DNA of 64,000 bases from the human T2T-CHM13v2.0 reference genome, Homo sapiens, in NCBI RefSeq assembly GCF_009914755.1, contig NC_060937.1, one strand, 5' to 3'. Under the pieces are notes generated by a model. The model was not told the origin of the DNA, did not search any database, and saw only the letters and a list, made by a program, of their open reading frames with translations. Made by a program: the position numbers and the translations under genes. Of this stretch, positions 57,810 through 64,000 are shown piece after piece (within the stretch, counting starts at the first letter, position 1; each line of letters starts with the position of its first letter).

Positions 57810-60330
57810 TAAAATCCAGACTACCTTCTAAAGAAAAGTACCAATGAATTCTTGAGTGTAAATTCAGAAAAGGGATAATGACAATTCGGATGTTGAAGTG
57901 AAAGCAGTTATTTAATCAATACTCCTCGTTGCACCATTTCAATCACCAAGATCAATTAGGAAAGAAAATTTTGTATTGAAACGTGAGTGGTCATAGCCGA
58001 TACTGCTTATGGCAGTATTTTAAATTGGAAATGGAAAAGCTCAGTGTGGCAGTCTTGGAGACTGTGTGAAAAACAGTCCATTTTGTCAAACAATGTATTA
58101 GGTCTGTGCGCAGTCTCTAAACGGGATGAAGAATGTCAGGGGATTTCAAGGTAACAGCATGCCAACAAAGAAAAAAGACTTTTTCTTCTTTTTCAATTTA
58201 TTTCAAATGCTTACCTTGGAACTTGTTAGTTAAGAGATGTATTTGCTCATGAGTAGATAATATTGGAGAAGAAGAAAAAGCCGCGGTACAAACAGTGAAT
58301 CTCTTCTTAAGGAAATCCTGGCATGCAGATTAATGTTGTTTTTATTCAGGTTTTTGATGTCATTACAGAATTCTGCTAAGTTGTGACGATAATGTAAAAA
58401 AAAAAAGCCCATCCTAAATATAAATAGACATAATTTCTCTCTTTTTGCACCTTATTTCAAGCAACACTTTTCTGAAATTGAAAATTAGGCAGTCTTTTGC
58501 ATTTTCTAATTTTAGTGCGTATTTTAATTTTTTTCCCCATGAAAAGACTGTCAATTTCACCAAGGATGTGGTATTTATGTAGGAGAGATTTCTAAACCAA
58601 CTGTCATTTTCATGGGATTGGAACTACTGAAGAAGTTCATTTATATATTTTATGTGATAATATGATACATACAAATTATATTTTACAGGGGAAGATGTTT
58701 TCCAAATAAAATAATATTATAATTTGAGATTATAGTATTGTCTAAGACATCAACATCAATTAAAATCCAGCTATAATCAATTATATCTTAAAAATACATT
58801 AACTATAAACCTTCATATTTGCCTAAAATGGCCACACTAAATTCCAAATCCTATTAAATCAGTCTATATGAATACATTTGTTATGCAACAAGTCCTAAGA
58901 TACTGTGAAGAATCAGTATAGCAGTTAAAATAAAATTTTTATTTATCATAAATTTAACCTAAATTTAATATCCTTTTACTTTTTTCATAATATGGAAGGG
59001 TTTTGTGGGATTATTTTGACAAATACCTTCTTTAAATAGGTGTTGGGGAAATGAACTATACCGCTTTTTGTTTTGTTTCTTTTACAGCAAGCAGGAACTG
59101 TTTGAATTGATTTAATTGATCTTGAAGCTACACTTGGAGTAGTGATTGTTTTCACAATATTAATGTTAAGGATGGTGTTGCTGGTACTTTTTCTTTGAAA
59201 CACATTTTTCAGGTCACAGTGAAGCAGTAAAATTAGGGACACTCCCTGTTGTACTTTTTATATTCTACAGAAATGAAAAAAAAAATAGTTTGTTAATTTT
59301 GATTTAGTAATTTTGAATAATCTAGTTTACTGCTTTCTTATTTTGCATAAGTTTGAGATACTCTTTTTAGATATTCATGAAATCCTTTTCTGTTTGAATT
59401 TTGAGTCAAAAGTCTTTAAAAATTACAAAATCTTAAAAGCCTATTAGGAGCATTAGAAACAAACCTTCCAAAGCCAGATGCATTGATTTACTGCTGTTAA
59501 TTTGAATCTGGGATCATTAAAGCATGAGGCCTAAAATGTATCATGAAGTTTTCATATTTGGGTTTCTGTGGTAAGCCGTTTTTCAACTTGGATATGTTTG
59601 TTTGAAAAGATAGTCTAAGGCAACAGGATTTCAGTGACTTTGAAGTCCATTTTGCATGACTTCATGTAGCCTGCCAAGCCACCACTGGGCTCTGCCCCTC
59701 ATTTTAGAAGCCTAGTCCAGCCATCAGTTGGCCCAAAGAGTTATCCAGTAATACCAGTTACAAGGATAACATCACACTAACTGCTTCTAACTGCTAATAT
59801 TTCTTACATTTTCTGGTGTGTTTTTCACATATGTTCTATTACCTAGTTTCATGTTGACACTTCCTCGTGATATGATAATTATTGTTATTCACTTGTTGTG
59901 GAAAAAGCTGAGTATGGAATGATACACAACTGGCTCAGTTTCTTGTATCCTATTGAGTAGCAGAGCCAAAGACTTGGGTTTTCTGGCTCCTAAGTCCCAC
60001 ATTTTTTTCTACCACAGCACAGCTATACTGTAATCTCCTTGGATGTATTACAAACTCCATACTTGATAAATAGTCTTTGCTATTCATGTTGATGTCCTGC
60101 TATGCTCAAGGTCAGTTTTGACTTGGCCAGAAGCTGTGAAAGTAGGCTTTCCATTTTTAGTAGCAATGGGGATGGCAAGGAATTGAAACCCACACAGGAT
60201 CTAAAATACAAATCGAGCTGAGAATTTAGACTGCCACTCCTATCTAAGCATATCACTGCTATAGTCAAGCAGAATACATGGTCTGGGGTGTTGGATTTTT
60301 TTTTCATTTTCTTTTCCCTGTGCACTCTAT

Positions 60331-61392
60331 TAGTGGGGGAAACCAGCCCCCAATATTCAACGTGAGTCCTTTTCTATTTTCCCTAAGTGTTGGCCAGTCT
60401 GAGAAATAAAGGGAAGGAGTACAAAAGAGAGAAATTTTAAAGCTGGGTGTCCGGGGGAGACATCACATGTTGGCAGGTTCTGTGATGCCCCCTGAGCCGT
60501 AAAACCAGCAAGTTTTTATTAGTGATTTTCAAAAGGGGAGGGAGTGTACGAATAGGGTGTGGGTCACAGAGATCACTTGCTTCACAAGGTAATAAAATAG
60601 CACAAGGCAAATGGAGGCAGGGCGAGATCACAGGACCAGGGCGAAATTAAAATTGCTAATGAAGTTTCAGGCACACATTGTCATTGATAATATCTTATCA
60701 GGGGACAGGGTTTGAGAGCAGACAACCAGTCTGACCAAAATTTATTACGCAGGAATTTCCTCATACTAATAAACCTGGGAGCGCTACGGGAGACTGGGGC
60801 TTATTTCATCCCTTATGAACGACCATAAAAGACAGACATTTCCAAAGCGGCCATTTCAGAGACCGTCCCTTGGGAACGCATTCTCTTTCTCAGGGATGTT
60901 CCTTGCTAAGAAAAAGAATTCAGCAATATTTCTCCTATTTGCTTTTGAGAGAAGTGAAATATGGCTCTGTTCTGCCCAGCCTACAGGCAGACAGACTTTA
61001 AGGGTATCTCCCTTGTTCCCTGAATATCGCTGTTATCCTGTTCTTTTTTCAAGGTGCCCAGATTTCATATTGTTTAAACAATTTGTGCAGTTAACGCAAT
61101 CATCACAGGGTCCTGAGGTGACATTTCATCCTCAGCTTATGAAGATGACGGGATTAAGAGATTAAAGTAAAGACAGGCATAGGAAATCACAAGAGTATTG
61201 ATTGGGGAAGTGATAAGTGTCCATGAAATCTTTACAATTTATGTTCAGAGATTGCAGTAAAGACAGGCATAAGAAATTATAAAAGTTTTAATTTGGGGAA
61301 CTAATAAATGTCCATGAAATCTTTACAATTTATGTTCTCCTGCCATGGCTTCAGCCGGTCCCTCCGTTTGGGGTCCCTGACTTCCCGCAACA
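60331..61392 (-). mobile_element. MER11 solo LTR (HERV-K11/HML-8), about 1.06 kb
   Basis: Reverse strand starts TGTTGCGGGAAGTCAGGGACCCC (MER11 5' end); 6-bp TSD CTCTAT/CTCTGT. Confidence 0.92.
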
Positions 61393-63363
61393 CTCTGTGG
61401 TAGAAATACTTCAGTAACAAAGGCCAAATGATGAAGGAAAAAAATCTAGAGAAACTGTACTTGTGTTTGCCAAGTTGAGAGTGGGCTGTACTGTTAATTG
61501 TGGGCACAGTGTCCCCTGGCACTGGGTGGTGATGGCCCCCACTCCTGCTTCATTATATGTTAGTTACCTTCTGGGATGAGAAGGAGAGATGGAACATGTT
61601 CTGCTCAAGGCCGTAGTCACAGCAAGGGAAAATATAGATTGCATTTATTTTTTATACTCTCATGGAAGAATTGATAATAAAACCAAGTTTCACAATGAAA
61701 AGAAATATTTTAAATATTGTACTTTCTTGGCTTAACAATAACACATTTATGTAATTGCTTTTGTCTGGATTCTGACTTAAGTGAAACAGCATTCTTAGAA
61801 CACAACAAGCAAAAATATACTCTGTCTTTTGGCTCAAGGAAGTAATACATATTGACATCATTGAAACAGCAGCACCCTCTGAGAGGCAAGCATTTAGTAG
61901 GATTTTAAAGAAACTTGAGAACTGTTACATAAGGTGATGAATTGGGCATAGCATGTAAAATTATATTTAAGCAAGGAAATGATCTCTGGTGTTTTAATAT
62001 TCAACTTGATTGCTTCCTCTTGGGTTCTGTGTTTCCCACTGTGTGACCTGAGCTGTCAGAAAACCTTAAGAATTTTCTTTGCATCATTTTTCCATGCAGT
62101 TTGTGTACATGTCTCATGTACCTCGTGGCAGCCACTGGTTTTGTTCATCAAATGGTGGGTTGTGGGATGCTCTCCTGCAGTCTCCCTCTAATTAAAGAGG
62201 TTAAATTGCCGTTTGCTCAGCCTTTAGTTCCTTTCCACAGCTTCCTAGGCTCTTAAAAATTAGCACTATATTCCTTTCAGATTAAAAAAAAACAAAAACA
62301 AAAACCTGTTTGCTGTCTTTACTGCTGTGGTCTTGTCTAGAGGCAAATCTGAACAAACTGATTGAAAGGGGTGTTTGGTGGCTGGTGTTCTCTTTGACTA
62401 AAGAGGCTTACATGTACTGTGGTACAGTCTGCTTACTTAAAAGGTGAGGCTTGAATTAAAATACAGCCAGATAGAAGGCCAGACTCTAATCAAATGAGGT
62501 GATTAGATCAATGAATGAAGAGAGGAGAGGAGTCAGGTGTTGCCTTTCCCTGGCTGTTGAATAGCTGATGTTCCAGATTGCCCTACAGTGTTGTGTTAGG
62601 GCATCCAGGAGGGATACTTTTCAGGCTTAGGTACACCTCAGTCTTTAAAATGAGGAATTAGGACACATTCATGTGTGTGTCCCTAATCTGCTCCTGAGAA
62701 GAGAAGTGCAATCAGGGTCTTATTTTGTGACCACTGACTTGCACACTGAGACAAAAGGGCCATCTGCAAGCTGAAAATAGTGGATTCCTTAAAATAAAAA
62801 CTATTCACATTTGATGGTGTGGTAGTTTTAATAAAATGTTCAAGTGTCAAGTTCATTTTCATTTATAATCTGAGACAGTTTTATAAGTCACCTCCCTGGG
62901 GGTAAAAATGCATGTTCTGTCCTCATAGTGAGACACATCTTCTGCTTAGAGTCTAGAAAGCTCTAAGAAAGATTTATGCCATCTGTGCAGCTGGCATTTT
63001 TATAGTAAAATTTTTTTTACTTTGCTCCAAGTTTAAGTTATCTCATGACAAACTTTCTTGAAAGAGGCATTCACTATTATTATAGGAAGTATACTTCTTT
63101 ATTGAAAAGGAGATAATGTATCAGGTAACTTATTAAAGTATTTTCTCAAAGTTTAGTATCTTTAGGAATACAGTGCCTCAATACAATATAAAATATTTTG
63201 TAAATAATAGAATGAATTCATTTTAGAATTTAAATGATGCTAATAAAATAGACCATTATTCTAAAAGTTTAACTAATTTAGAATCAACCCTGGTTGAAAA
63301 TAAAGCCTTAAGCTGTTTTTTTGGAAGACTTTAAATCCTTTATGGCTAAGAGATGACAGACAG

Positions 63364-63671
<308 letters not shown>

Positions 63672-63889
63672 TGACAGATGCATGGAGGTTATATTGACAA
63701 GGGGAGAGATGTACAAACTGTTGAATGCTTTAGGTATTGTAGAATCATAATATCTTAGTATATCTAAATGGTTGGCTTGTTTTAAAATGATTAATCAAAG
63801 GCTGAATTGCCTTTATGAATAAAACCTTCCTTTAACAAGCTTCCACAAATAATCCTAGGCCTTTTATTGAAATGCCTACAAAATTCAGT

Positions 63890-64000
63890 CCTCATTCAAC
63901 TGTTTATTGAGTGTCTACTATGTCCTAGGCACTGTGCCAGGTGTTGGGAAATGAGTCATACACACACTAATTCTTACCTTTAGTGTAATTTCTATTTTAC
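63890..64000 (-). mobile_element. L2 terminus
   Basis: tcattcaactgtttattgagtgtctactatgtcctaggcactgtgcc. Confidence 0.7.

Noticed and set aside
61166-61338. About 90-bp tandem repeats (AGTAAAGACAGGCATA...TTTATGTTC)
   Set aside because: They lie within the MER11 LTR, which as I recall contains such internal repeats; not locus-specific

Overview
Human (primate) genomic DNA. The window is the internal part of B3GLCT (B3GALTL, beta-1,3-glucosyltransferase, the Peters-plus syndrome gene) on the + strand. Eight coding exons (exons 3-10 by my recalled numbering; 40, 110, 77, 112, 137, 64, 120 and 70 nt) were located by translation and AG/GT boundaries. They splice into one open frame, DLEKSGISRKNDIDLKG...[10 protein letters not shown]. 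Everything else is intron, rich in transposable elements: about 19 Alu/FLAM copies, a sense-oriented near-full-length dead L1PA7/8-like element with two nested Alus, MaLR/ERV solo LTRs (MLT1, MST, an ERV1 LTR, MER11), MIR, L2 and old L1M relics. Nearly all ORFs in the supplied track are repeat-derived or chance. I find no convincing novel biological system. The best second-look items are inverted Alu pairs around in-frame exon modules (circRNA/editing candidates), a palindromic CTCF-like site, a hairpin-occluded cryptic exon, a poison alternative acceptor at exon 6, and several duplication-with-filler scars. Repeat subfamily calls are by eye.
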